Shown here: positions 40,202 through 49,254 of the stretch, piece after piece
Layout of the letters: every line of letters begins with the position of its first letter
How positions within the stretch are numbered: position 1 is the first letter of the stretch
Assembly: GCA_964601165.1 (NCBI GenBank)
Contig: CAZRMK010000002.1
Coordinates: forward strand, 1-53,175
DNA: 53,175 nt
Direction: 5' to 3'
DNA from: an uncultured Piscirickettsiaceae bacterium
GTDB lineage: Bacteria > Pseudomonadota > Gammaproteobacteria > Thiomicrospirales > Thiomicrospiraceae
Notes under the pieces: generated by a model
What the model was told of the DNA's origin: nothing
Database searches by the model: none
What the model saw: the letters and a program-made list of their open reading frames with translations, nothing else
Program-made: the position numbers and the translations under genes

Positions 40202-42491
40202 CCAAATGTTAAAAACATTATCACTTTTCTTATTAGGGCTTTTTCTGTTTCCTGTTTTATCTGTTGCTTCCGTCTTTACGATTGAAAAGTTGGAGATAGA
40301 GGGAAATGTACGTATCAGTTTTGAAACTATTCATAGCCATCTTCCGGTAACGGTTGGAGAAGAAATTACTGCAGCAGATGTTCAGAAAAGTATCCAAGCT
40401 CTTTATCAAACAGGCTTTTTTAAAGATGTTAGTTTATGGCAAGGAATAGATGGAACTTTAGTTATTAAGGTTGTAGAGCGCCCTTCTATCGCAGAAATAA
40501 AGGTTGTAGGAAACAGGCTGATTAATACTGATGACATGAATCAAGCTTTAGAAGGATTAGGAATTAAAAAGGGTCGTATTTTTAATGCGGCACAAATGGA
40601 TAGAGTGATTATTGATTTACGCCGTCGCTATCAGAATCAAGGCTATTATGCTGCAGACATAAGTATTAAAGTTGACGAGCTACCTAGGAACAGAGTAAAT
40701 ATTAAAATCACAATAGAAGAAGGACAGCCAGCAACCATCGGTAGAATTACATTAGTTGGTAATAAATCTTTTTCGGATGAAGTTTTAAAAAATGAAATGC
40801 TGTTATCAGAATCGGTTTTAACCGGAGATGGAGATAAATATTCAAAACCTAAATTGCAGTCTGATTTAGAAACCATTAAATCTTACTATTTAGATAGAGG
40901 TTTTGCAGAGTTTAAAATAAGATCCTCTCAAGTGAGTTTGTCACTAGATAAGACTAAGGTTTTTATTACTATTAATCTAGAAGAAGGGCCACAATACAGG
41001 GTTTCAGAAATTAAATTTTCTGGGGATATTGTTCTACCAGAAGAAGAACTTAAAACTCTGCTCAATATTCAAGAAGGTGAAGTCTTTAATCGTAGTGCTG
41101 TGATTTCAAGCATGACGAATATTAGAGATAGACTAAGTGAAGAAGCCTACGCTTTTGCTGAAATTAAGCCGTTCACACGCTTAGATGCAGAAAATCGTTT
41201 AGTCTTAATAGATTTTAGAATTGAACCTCACAAGAAAATTTATGTGCGAAGGATTGTTATTGAAGGTAATACTCGTACACGAGACCATGTTATTCGTCGT
41301 GAATTAAGGCAGTTTGAAGCCGCACCCTATTCTTTAGCTTCTATTCGTCGTTCTAATTCTCGCTTGAATCGTTTGGGATATTTTAAGCGGGCAACCATTG
41401 AAACTAGGAGAGTTGCTAAAGATCAAGTGGATTTAGTAGTAACAGTTGAAGAGCAATCAACTGGTTCTTTTAATGCGGGCATGGGGTTTTCTCAGTTAGA
41501 CGGGATGAGTTTTACTTTAGGAATTACAGAGAGAAATGTTATTGGTTCGGGGAATTCTGCATCCATCAACGCACGTTATAGTACCTCTACACAAGCTTTA
41601 AATTTGAATATGACTAATCCTTATTTTACGACAGACGGAGTTTCATTAGGGGGAGGAATCTATTTTAGGAATATTGATGCCGCAGAGTTAGGAGTGGCAG
41701 ATTATTCTATTAATAATCTAGGGGCTAGAATTCATTTAGGATATCCACTGGATGAATTCACCAATATTTCTTACGGACTTAATTTAGATAGTCAAGAGCT
41801 GCTGTGTAATCCCAAATTTATTGCTTGTTCTCGTCACATAAATAAACATGGTATAAGATACGATTCTGCTAAAGCATCTATTACTTGGAGTTATGATAGT
41901 AAAAATGCTTTTTATTTTCCAACTGCTGGGCGTTTAACTCGTTTATCAGCAGAAGTTTCCATGCCTTTAGACCAGTCAGAAGTAGCTTTTTATAAAATCC
42001 ATGCTCGGGATACTTTGTTTTTGCCAGTTTCTGACGCCTTTACTTTAAGATTAAAGGGAAAGCTGTCTTATGGAGATGGTTTAGGAGAGTTTGAAGGCCT
42101 GCCTTTTTATGAGACTTTTTATGCCGGCGGAATTGGTAGTGTGCGAGGCTATAAGGCTAACAGTTTAGGTCCTGTTTATAATTTAGCTCAAGATGGGTCA
42201 GAACGCCCTAAAGGTGGAAGAGTTGAGGTAGTTACTAGTGCCGCATTGGTCTTTCCTATGCCGTTGATTGAAGATTCTAGTAATTTAAGACTTAGTTTAT
42301 TTGCTGATGCAGGAAATGTTTTTTCGGACGTTAAAGATGTTAGTCTAGAAGAGTTGAGGGCTTCTGTTGGTTTAGGTATTTCTTGGATTACTCCAGTCGG
42401 ACCCTTATCCTTTAGCTTTGCACGACCGTTAAACGATGAGAAAACCGATAAAACCCAAACCTTTCAATTTAATTTAGGTATTCCAATGTAG
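40194..42491 (+). CDS. bamA: Outer membrane protein assembly factor BamA (start 40194 or 40206)
   Basis: POTRA repeats, VRGY motif, C-terminal FQFNLG. Confidence 0.96.
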   Translation: MVDQMLKTLSLFLLGLFLFPVLSVASVFTIEKLEIEGNVRISFETIHSHLPVTVGEEITAADVQKSIQALYQTGFFKDVSLWQGIDGTLVIKVVERPSIAEIKVVGNRLINTDDMNQALEGLGIKKGRIFNAAQMDRVIIDLRRRYQNQGYYAADISIKVDELPRNRVNIKITIEEGQPATIGRITLVGNKSFSDEVLKNEMLLSESVLTGDGDKYSKPKLQSDLETIKSYYLDRGFAEFKIRSSQVSLSLDKTKVFITINLEEGPQYRVSEIKFSGDIVLPEEELKTLLNIQEGEVFNRSAVISSMTNIRDRLSEEAYAFAEIKPFTRLDAENRLVLIDFRIEPHKKIYVRRIVIEGNTRTRDHVIRRELRQFEAAPYSLASIRRSNSRLNRLGYFKRATIETRRVAKDQVDLVVTVEEQSTGSFNAGMGFSQLDGMSFTLGITERNVIGSGNSASINARYSTSTQALNLNMTNPYFTTDGVSLGGGIYFRNIDAAELGVADYSINNLGARIHLGYPLDEFTNISYGLNLDSQELLCNPKFIACSRHINKHGIRYDSAKASITWSYDSKNAFYFPTAGRLTRLSAEVSMPLDQSEVAFYKIHARDTLFLPVSDAFTLRLKGKLSYGDGLGEFEGLPFYETFYAGGIGSVRGYKANSLGPVYNLAQDGSERPKGGRVEVVTSAALVFPMPLIEDSSNLRLSLFADAGNVFSDVKDVSLEELRASVGLGISWITPVGPLSFSFARPLNDEKTDKTQTFQFNLGIPM

Positions 42492-42652
42492 CCTAAATCC
42501 TGCAAGTGCTTGCACACATATAGCACAAGCTCTTGATTCATATAGCGAATTTTAATTCTTCGGGAGTATCAATAAGTATTCCGCTCGAATTAAAATCGCT
42601 CTATAAATCAATATCTTGCACTATATATGCACAATCACTTGCAGGATTTAGG
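42492..42652. mobile_element. MITE family A, full length (161 bp)
   Basis: Perfect 17-bp TIR CCTAAATCCTGCAAGTG; flanks TGTAG/TGTAA; begins at the base after the bamA stop. Confidence 0.93.
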
Positions 42653-42725
42653 TGTAACTAAATTGAAAGGTTTGGGTAGAGTAAATAAGTTTTTAAACTG
42701 TAAAGAATGTTATAAAATGTTCTAA

Positions 42726-42784
42726 GATATCTTTGCATAGTTAAATTGCAGTTTAGGGAATGCAGAAAATAGTGCAAAGGTCTC
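42726..42784. repeat. MITE family D, short decayed form (59 bp)
   Basis: GATATCTTTGCA...TGCAAAGGTCTC; interior resembles the reverse complement of 48735..48780; flanks TCTAA/TTTAA. Confidence 0.7.
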
Positions 42785-42820
42785 TTTAAATATTATTTTG
42801 GAAGAGGGTTTTAAATAAGA

Positions 42821-43357
42821 ATGAAGAATACATTAGTTATTTATTTGTCGTTTATGTTGTTAATGTTTTCAACGGCTTCTTTTGCAAGCTCAACTATTAA
42901 GCTGGGGGTAGTTAATGTAGCGTTATTATTAGAAAAGGCTCCACAGGCTAGGCAGGCTTCAGCGAATCTAGAAAAAGAATTTGCACCTCAGCAACAAGAA
43001 CTAAAAAGATCAGCCAAAACTTTGGAGAAAAAACGCTCCGACTATCAAAAAAATAAAATGTTACTGACAGGGCATCAGCAAACTGCTAAAGAGCGAGAAA
43101 TTGTGATGTTGACGCGTGAAATACAACGTCGGCAGAATGATATTCAAGAGCTTGTAAATATCAGGCGTAATGAGGAGTTAGCTAAATTACAGAATATTGT
43201 TAATCAAGCTATTAAAGCTATTGGTAAGCGGCAAAATTTTGATTTGATTCTTTATGAGGGAATTGCTTTCACTAATAATCGTTTCGATGTGACCCAAGAT
43301 GTACTGGGATATTTGAAAGAAAACCATTCTCAGAACCGTTCGGGCTTTAATCAATAA
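42821..43357 (+). CDS. skp: Periplasmic chaperone Skp/OmpH
   Basis: Signal peptide, KLGVVNV, coiled coil, FDLIL...DVTQDVL; position after bamA. Confidence 0.92.
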   Translation: MKNTLVIYLSFMLLMFSTASFASSTIKLGVVNVALLLEKAPQARQASANLEKEFAPQQQELKRSAKTLEKKRSDYQKNKMLLTGHQQTAKEREIVMLTREIQRRQNDIQELVNIRRNEELAKLQNIVNQAIKAIGKRQNFDLILYEGIAFTNNRFDVTQDVLGYLKENHSQNRSGFNQ

Positions 43358-44427
43358 TGATTAAATCTGACTTACCTAAGTCCTTAATGAAATTACTTGT
43401 TTTTTTAGAATCTAAGTCAGTTGAATATTGTTTGGAGGGGGATGTTCCTCCTCAGGTAGAAATCATCCAGATAGCTACTTTAATTGATGCTAATAAGAAT
43501 CAGATTGCTTTTTTTTCTGATCCTAAAAGAAAGCAGGAGCTACGGAATTCTCTTGCAGGGATAATAATTCTTAGAAAAGAAGATTCTAGCTTAACAACTT
43601 CTGCGAAAATCATAGTAAAGGATCCTTACTACACTTATGCTTTAGTGACACAGTTTTTAAACCCATTAGCTAGTTTTGATTTAATATCTGAATCTGCAAC
43701 AATTGATCCTACAGCGAGTTTATCGGCAGGAGTATTTGTTGCAGATGGGGTTATTATTGGGGAAAATGTCCAAATAGGAAAAGGGGTGCAGATTTCTGCT
43801 GGTTGTGTGGTAGAAAGAAATGTCGTTATTGGTAACTTTACAAGATTATTACCGAATGTCACGATTATGAACGGTTGCCAAATTGGACAAAATTGTATAA
43901 TTCAAGCAGGAACGGTTATTGGAGGGGAAGGTTTTGGTTTTGCTCCTCATTTAGGGCGATGGGAGCGTATTCCTCAGCTTGGACGAGTGTTGATAAGAAA
44001 CTATGTTTCTATTGGCAATAATACCACTATTGATCGTGGCTCGATTGGGGACACTATTATTGAAGATTATTGTATTATTGATAATTTAGTTCACATTGCT
44101 CATAATGTTAAGATTGGTAAAGGAACAGCAATTGCGGCTCAAGTTGGTTTTGCTGGTAGTGTGACAGTTGGGGGAAATTGTGTTTTTGCAGGTCAAGTAG
44201 GAGTAGCAGGACATGTTTCATTGGTCTCTGGGGTGTCGTTGATGGCTAAAGCAGGGGTAACTAACTCTATTAAGGATTCTGGCTCTTATTCTGGCTTTCC
44301 AGCAGTACCAACAGTAGATTGGCAAAGAAATACGATTAGAAAAAAGAATTTACAAAAAATGGCACAACAAGTGAAGTGCCTTGAAAAAGAATTGTTAGAG
44401 CTAAAGTCCCATTTAAAATATTTGTGA
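43357..44427 (+). CDS. lpxD: UDP-3-O-acylglucosamine N-acyltransferase
   Basis: Hexapeptide repeats, GFGFAP, IPQLG, TTIDRG, DNLVHIAHNV. Confidence 0.96.
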   Translation: MIKSDLPKSLMKLLVFLESKSVEYCLEGDVPPQVEIIQIATLIDANKNQIAFFSDPKRKQELRNSLAGIIILRKEDSSLTTSAKIIVKDPYYTYALVTQFLNPLASFDLISESATIDPTASLSAGVFVADGVIIGENVQIGKGVQISAGCVVERNVVIGNFTRLLPNVTIMNGCQIGQNCIIQAGTVIGGEGFGFAPHLGRWERIPQLGRVLIRNYVSIGNNTTIDRGSIGDTIIEDYCIIDNLVHIAHNVKIGKGTAIAAQVGFAGSVTVGGNCVFAGQVGVAGHVSLVSGVSLMAKAGVTNSIKDSGSYSGFPAVPTVDWQRNTIRKKNLQKMAQQVKCLEKELLELKSHLKYL

Positions 44428-44475
44428 ATGATGTCTTTGGATTAGGGTTGTATATAGATTTGGAAGAATAAGAAT

Positions 44476-44922
44476 ATGAATGAAATGGAATTGAAGGAGA
44501 TCTTCGATTATTTACCGCATAGATACCCTTTTTTATTGGTTGATAGGGTTACTGAAATTGTTTTAGGAAAGTCTTTAAAAGCATTTAAAAATATTACTTT
44601 TAATGAACCGCAATTTGCAGGTCATTTTCCTAATAATCCGATTATGCCAGGGGTAATGATTATTGAGGCAATGGCACAGTGTACGGGGATTTTAGCTTTT
44701 AGGACACAAAATGTTAAACTGTTAGATGGCAAGACCATGTATTACTTAGCTGCGGTAGATAACTGTCGTTTTCGCCAAACAGCCATACCAGGAGACCGTT
44801 TAGATTTTGAAGTGGTAGTGAAAGGTAATAAAAGAGGTATTTGGAAATTTGAATGTAAGACTCGGGTGGATGGAAAAATAATTGCTTCTGCTGATCTGCT
44901 ATGTGCCGAAAGAAAAATTTAG
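44476..44922 (+). CDS. fabZ: 3-hydroxyacyl-ACP dehydratase FabZ
   Basis: [30 protein letters not shown]. Confidence 0.98.
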   Translation: MNEMELKEIFDYLPHRYPFLLVDRVTEIVLGKSLKAFKNITFNEPQFAGHFPNNPIMPGVMIIEAMAQCTGILAFRTQNVKLLDGKTMYYLAAVDNCRFRQTAIPGDRLDFEVVVKGNKRGIWKFECKTRVDGKIIASADLLCAERKI

Positions 44923-44941
44923 GTTTTGGAGATACTCGCCT

Positions 44942-45721
44942 GTGAATATTATTCATCCCACTGCTATTATTGATGAACAAGCTATTATTGCTGATGATGT
45001 TAGGGTAGGAGCCTACTCAATTATCCAAGGAGCAGTAACTATTGGTTCTGGCTGTATTATTGAGCCTCATGTGGTGATTTCTGGTCCAACCGTGATTGGA
45101 AAAAACAATCATTTCTTTCAGTTTGGATCAATTGGGTCGCAACCTCAAGATAAAAAGTTTGTTATTACAGATAATACGACTTTAGTTATTGGCGATAATA
45201 ATGTTTTTCGTGAAAACGTTACGATTAGTCGAGGAACGATAAAAGATCGTAGAGAAACTTTAATTGGTGATAATAACTGGATTATGATTGGAGTGCATAT
45301 TGCTCATGATTGTGTAATTGGTGATAATTGTATTTTTGCTAATGCCGCAGCATTAGCGGGGCATGTGACGGTAGGAGATTGGAGTATTTTAGGCGGTTAT
45401 ACTTTAGTGCATCAGTTTTGTCGATTGGGAGAACACAGTTTTTGTGGTATGGGGAGTGTTGTTAGTCAAGATGTTCCAGATTTTGTAATGGTTTCTGGAA
45501 ACTTTGCTTCCCCGATAAAACCTAATGCTGAAGGCTTGAAGCGACGAGGTTATGATGCTGACCAGATATATTTAGTTAAAAAAGCCTATCGTATATTGTA
45601 TCGTCAAGGCAATAGCCTTAAAGAGGCTGTTAATCAACTTGAATCTTTAAATGATCAACAAGAAACTCTTTCGTCTTTAGTAAAGTTTTTACAAAATTCT
45701 AGTCGTGGCATTGTTAGATAG
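44942..45721 (+). CDS. lpxA: Acyl-ACP--UDP-GlcNAc O-acyltransferase
   Basis: IHPTAII, PQDKKF, HIAHDC, LAGHV, VHQF; GTG start after GGAG. Confidence 0.97.
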   Translation: MNIIHPTAIIDEQAIIADDVRVGAYSIIQGAVTIGSGCIIEPHVVISGPTVIGKNNHFFQFGSIGSQPQDKKFVITDNTTLVIGDNNVFRENVTISRGTIKDRRETLIGDNNWIMIGVHIAHDCVIGDNCIFANAAALAGHVTVGDWSILGGYTLVHQFCRLGEHSFCGMGSVVSQDVPDFVMVSGNFASPIKPNAEGLKRRGYDADQIYLVKKAYRILYRQGNSLKEAVNQLESLNDQQETLSSLVKFLQNSSRGIVR

Positions 45722-46886
45722 TTCGGCTTCTTCCTCTGTCGCCTCTTTACCTGTTATTGCTTTGGTTGCCGGTGAATCTTCTGGTGATACGCTTGGAGCA
45801 GGGTTGATGCACGCTTTAAAATTGCGTTATCCAAATGCAAAATTTGTAGGGATTGGTGGTCCAAAAATGATTTCTCAAGGGCTAGACACTTGGTATCCGA
45901 TGGAAAAACTATCGATAATGGGAATTTTTGAAGTAATTAAACATCTCTTGGAATTATTGAAACTTAGAAAAGCTCTTATCCAAAAACTACTTACTATTAA
46001 ACCCGATGTTTTTATTGGCATTGATTCTCCTGACTTTAATTTTAAAGTAGAAAAAGCTCTTAAAAAAAGTGGAATTAAAACCGTTCATTATGTCGGTCCT
46101 ACTGTTTGGGCTTGGCGTGAGAAGCGGTTGTTAAAAATTAAACATTATGTAGATGGTGTTTTGGTACTTTTCCCTTTTGAGCCGCCTTATTATGAAAAAC
46201 ATAATATTCCAGTTAAGTTTGTAGGTCACCCTCTGGCAAATGAAGTGCCTGAAAACCCTCAAAAACACAGAGCTAAACAAGCTTTAGGGTTAGATCAAAG
46301 CCAATTAATGATTGGTTTACTGCCAGGTTCTAGAATGAGCGAAATTTCTACCATGACAGAGATCTATATTCAAGCAGCTATAAGAATTAAAGAATCTTAT
46401 CCAGACGCACATTTTATAATCCCTTGCATTCATCAAAAAGCTCGCTATTTTATTGAACAATGTCTAAATAATTTGCATGATGTCGATGACTTTACTGTGG
46501 TTGATGGACAGGCTCAGCTGGTTATGGAGGCATCGGATTATTTAATAGTAACCTCTGGCACAGCAACTTTAGAGGCAGCTCTTATGAAGCGGCCAATGGT
46601 TATCGCTATTAAAGTACATAGTTTTAGTTATTGGCTAATAAAAAAAATGCTAATAATCCCTTGGATAGGATTGCCGAATATTTTAGCTAAAAGGTTAGTT
46701 GTTCCTGAACTGGTTCAAGCAGAAGCAACAGCAGATAATATTGCAGTTGCTTTAGGTAAATTAATGTCAGATGAAGATTTACAACAGAAGCAATTAAACG
46801 TGTTTAATGAACAATATAAAGTACTTAAAAAAAATGCTTCTAATCTTGCTGCCGATGCAGTTGTATCTTGGGCGAAATTAAAATAA
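45705..46886 (+). CDS. lpxB: Lipid-A-disaccharide synthase
   Basis: AGESSGD, IDSPDFN, VWAWR, LLPGSR, SGTATLE. Confidence 0.97.
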   Translation: MALLDSSASSSVASLPVIALVAGESSGDTLGAGLMHALKLRYPNAKFVGIGGPKMISQGLDTWYPMEKLSIMGIFEVIKHLLELLKLRKALIQKLLTIKPDVFIGIDSPDFNFKVEKALKKSGIKTVHYVGPTVWAWREKRLLKIKHYVDGVLVLFPFEPPYYEKHNIPVKFVGHPLANEVPENPQKHRAKQALGLDQSQLMIGLLPGSRMSEISTMTEIYIQAAIRIKESYPDAHFIIPCIHQKARYFIEQCLNNLHDVDDFTVVDGQAQLVMEASDYLIVTSGTATLEAALMKRPMVIAIKVHSFSYWLIKKMLIIPWIGLPNILAKRLVVPELVQAEATADNIAVALGKLMSDEDLQQKQLNVFNEQYKVLKKNASNLAADAVVSWAKLK

Positions 46887-46887
46887 T

Positions 46888-47487
46888 ATGGAGTCTGAAT
46901 TTGCTGAAGAGGGATTGGTTATTGTTGGTGTTGATGAGGTTGGAAGAGGTCCCTTAATTGGTGACGTTGTAGCGGCAGCGGTTATTTTACCCTTAGATTG
47001 TAATCTTCCCCTTAGGGATTCAAAAAAGTTATCAGCATCTAAAAGACTCCTGTTAGCGGAACAAATTAAATTACAGGCTCTAGATTACAGCATTCAAGTG
47101 GCTTCTCCTGCAGAAATAGATGAATTAAATATATTACATGCAACTCTCCTTGCAATGAAGCGTAGTATAGAGGCTTTAACGGTTAATTTTGATAAGGTAT
47201 TGGTGGATGGAAATCGTTGTCCTAATATTGAAAGTAATTGTGAAGCGATAGTTAAAGGGGATGATAAAGTTTTAGCTATTTCAGCAGCTTCAATTCTAGC
47301 TAAAGTGTATCGAGATCAACAAATGTTCGAACTAGATAAGCAGTATCCAAACTATGGCTTTGCGAAACATAAGGGCTATCCAACCAAATTTCATTTAGAG
47401 GCTTTAAGTAAATTTGGCGCGATTACTGGTTATAGAAAATCTTTTAAACCTGTTAGAGAACTTTTGATTTTAACTAAAAATTCTTAA
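46888..47487 (+). CDS. rnhB: Ribonuclease HII
   Basis: [37 protein letters not shown]. Confidence 0.97.
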   Translation: MESEFAEEGLVIVGVDEVGRGPLIGDVVAAAVILPLDCNLPLRDSKKLSASKRLLLAEQIKLQALDYSIQVASPAEIDELNILHATLLAMKRSIEALTVNFDKVLVDGNRCPNIESNCEAIVKGDDKVLAISAASILAKVYRDQQMFELDKQYPNYGFAKHKGYPTKFHLEALSKFGAITGYRKSFKPVRELLILTKNS

Positions 47488-47511
47488 TGTAAATAAGGTG
47501 GGTACTATTTT

Positions 47512-48510
47512 ATGAGCACAACTCTTGAACAAGTTGAAAAAACAGCACAGTTAAGTGAAAATAATCAAATGAGCTTGATGATTTTTCAAGTTCAATTCTC
47601 TAAAGATGACTATAAACCGCCTTATTATGGGATGAATGTCTTTAAAGTGCGAGAAGTGCTAGAAGCTCGTAGCTATGAAGTGTCTCCTATGCCTGATTCT
47701 AATGACTTGATTGAGGGAATGATTGAGTTGAGAGGTGTTTATTTACCCGTTATTGACTTGCCCAAATGGATGGGCTTTGATATGACTCCAGAAGAGAAAG
47801 AAAAATCAATTATTATCGTTTCTGACTTTAGCCATAATCTTATTGGAATGCGTGTTGCTCATATTTATGGTGTTGAAGAAAAGGATTGGTCAGAAATTAG
47901 ACCAGCAGCTAACTATAATGTAGATGTTAATAATAATCAAATTATTAATCATACTTATTTAAATGATGAAAAAACGTTATGCTTTATTTTGGATATTGAA
48001 AAATTACTTATTGAAGCGATGCCTGCGATGGCAGAAAAGATTTTTTCCTCGGCTAAAGCTGTAGGAAAGAGCAATCACGTCTTTAGTAAATATATTAAAC
48101 AAAGAACTATTTTATTTGCAGAGGATAGTAGGTCTATTCAAAAGTATATGGGTATGGTTTTTGAGCAGCTAGGATTAAAATACAAGGGTTTTGATAATGG
48201 ACGCTTAATGTTGGATTATATTGATAGTCTTGAAAATATGGATAGTGTTTCTATAATTTTTACCGATCTAGAAATGCCAGAGGCTTCAGGTCATACGGTT
48301 ATTAAAGAGCTACGAAAAGATAAGAAAACTAAGACTATTCCTATTATTGTTCATACCTCAATGACCAGTGACAATAATCGTCGTGAAGTATTAAAGATGG
48401 GAGCTGATTATTTTATCGGTAAAGTGGATACAGATTTAATTGTTAAAACCTTAACTACAGTTGAAGTTGAAATGTTAGGTATTAATGTGTTGGAGGGAGA
48501 TGAAGTCTAG
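47512..48510 (+). CDS. cheV: Chemotaxis protein CheV (CheW + receiver domain)
   Basis: YGMNVFKVREV, LRGVYLPVIDL, AEDS, TDLEMP..SG. Confidence 0.9.
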   Translation: MSTTLEQVEKTAQLSENNQMSLMIFQVQFSKDDYKPPYYGMNVFKVREVLEARSYEVSPMPDSNDLIEGMIELRGVYLPVIDLPKWMGFDMTPEEKEKSIIIVSDFSHNLIGMRVAHIYGVEEKDWSEIRPAANYNVDVNNNQIINHTYLNDEKTLCFILDIEKLLIEAMPAMAEKIFSSAKAVGKSNHVFSKYIKQRTILFAEDSRSIQKYMGMVFEQLGLKYKGFDNGRLMLDYIDSLENMDSVSIIFTDLEMPEASGHTVIKELRKDKKTKTIPIIVHTSMTSDNNRREVLKMGADYFIGKVDTDLIVKTLTTVEVEMLGINVLEGDEV

Positions 48511-48530
48511 TCTTTGTTGGGCATTTAATG

Positions 48531-48691
48531 CCTAAATCCTGCAAGTGCTTGCACGCATCTGACGTAAGATATTAATTCATATAGCAAATTTTAATTCTTC
48601 GGGAATATCAATAAGTATTCCACTCGAATTAAAATTGCTCTACAAATCAATGTCTTACGACATATGCGCACAACCATTTGCAGGATTTAGG
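48531..48691. mobile_element. MITE family A, full length (161 bp)
   Basis: CCTAAATCCTGCAAGTG...CATTTGCAGGATTTAGG; flanks TAATG/TAATA. Confidence 0.93.
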
Positions 48692-48697
48692 TAATAC

Positions 48698-48726
48698 AAA
48701 AAAAGCACTGATCAGGTGCCTTTTTT
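48698..48726. terminator. Bidirectional intrinsic terminator between cheV and the L36 gene
   Basis: AAAAAAAGCAC-tgatcag-GTGCCTTTTTT. Confidence 0.65.
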
Positions 48727-48734
48727 ATTTATTA

Positions 48735-48780
48735 GAGACCTTTGCATTCCTAAACCGTGCTTTAATTCTGCAAAGGTCTC
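48735..48780. repeat. MITE family D, 46-bp mini form
   Basis: Perfect 12-bp TIR GAGACCTTTGCA; exact 5-bp TSD TATTA. Confidence 0.9.
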
Positions 48781-48799
48781 TATTACTAGCACAAAGAAT

Positions 48800-48925
48800 T
48801 TATCTTTGACGAGCTTTAAAACGCGGGTTAGTTTTGTTGATAACATAAACTTTTCCACGGCGTCTTACGATTTGGCAATCTTTATGACGAGATTTAGCCG
48901 ACTTTAAAGATGATAAAATTTTCAT
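48800..48925 (-). CDS. ykgO: 50S ribosomal protein L36, type B (zinc-independent); absent from the ORF track
   Basis: Manual translation gives [41 protein letters not shown] (41 aa). Confidence 0.96.
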   Translation of the reverse strand: MKILSSLKSAKSRHKDCQIVRRRGKVYVINKTNPRFKARQR

Positions 48926-48959
48926 TTTTAGATATCCAATTAATGGCCGAATAGTTCTA

Positions 48960-49120
48960 CCTAAGTCCTACAAGTGCTTGCAGATATATAACGTAAGCTA
49001 TTAATTCGTATAGCAAATTTTAGTTTTTTGGGAATATCAATAAGTATTCCGCTCAAATTAAAATTGCTCTACAAGTCAATGTCTTACGCTATATATGCAC
49101 AAGCACTTGCAGAATTTAGG
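48960..49120. mobile_element. MITE family A, full length (161 bp)
   Basis: CCTAAGTCCTACAAGTGCTTG...CAAGCACTTGCAGAATTTAGG; flanks TTCTA/TTATA. Confidence 0.92.
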
Positions 49121-49161
49121 TTATAAACCAATTCAGCTTAAGTTCAAATTTGAAGAGGAGT

Positions 49162-49189
49162 ATTTTACCAATTTTAAATAACATGTCTA
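49162..49189 (-). promoter_or_regulatory. Candidate sigma70 promoter for the L36 gene
   Basis: Minus strand TAGACA-N16-TAAAAT with a TG extension. Confidence 0.4.
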
Positions 49190-49254
49190 GTTTTTAAGCC
49201 ATTTTTTGTTAAAATTTCTATTTTATTCAAACAATTTTAATTTCAAGGGTTTCA

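Noticed and set aside
4933-44980. Short ORFs antisense to or nested in core genes (e.g. 4933, 7242, 7593, 10346, 10969, 11827, 12008, 12432, 12464, 12872, 15577, 17940, 21759, 22507, 27609, 29954, 30247, 30956, 31187, 32009, 33252, 34126, 40646, 43635, 44714)
   Set aside because: They overlap well-supported genes and have no recognisable motifs; expected by chance
48716-48907. 63-aa plus-strand ORF in the track
   Set aside because: It is the antisense shadow of the real L36 gene and runs through a mini-MITE
48531-49120. Composite transposon of two A elements carrying the L36 gene
   Set aside because: Each copy has its own near-duplicated flanks (TAATG/TAATA and TTCTA/TTATA), which favours independent insertions
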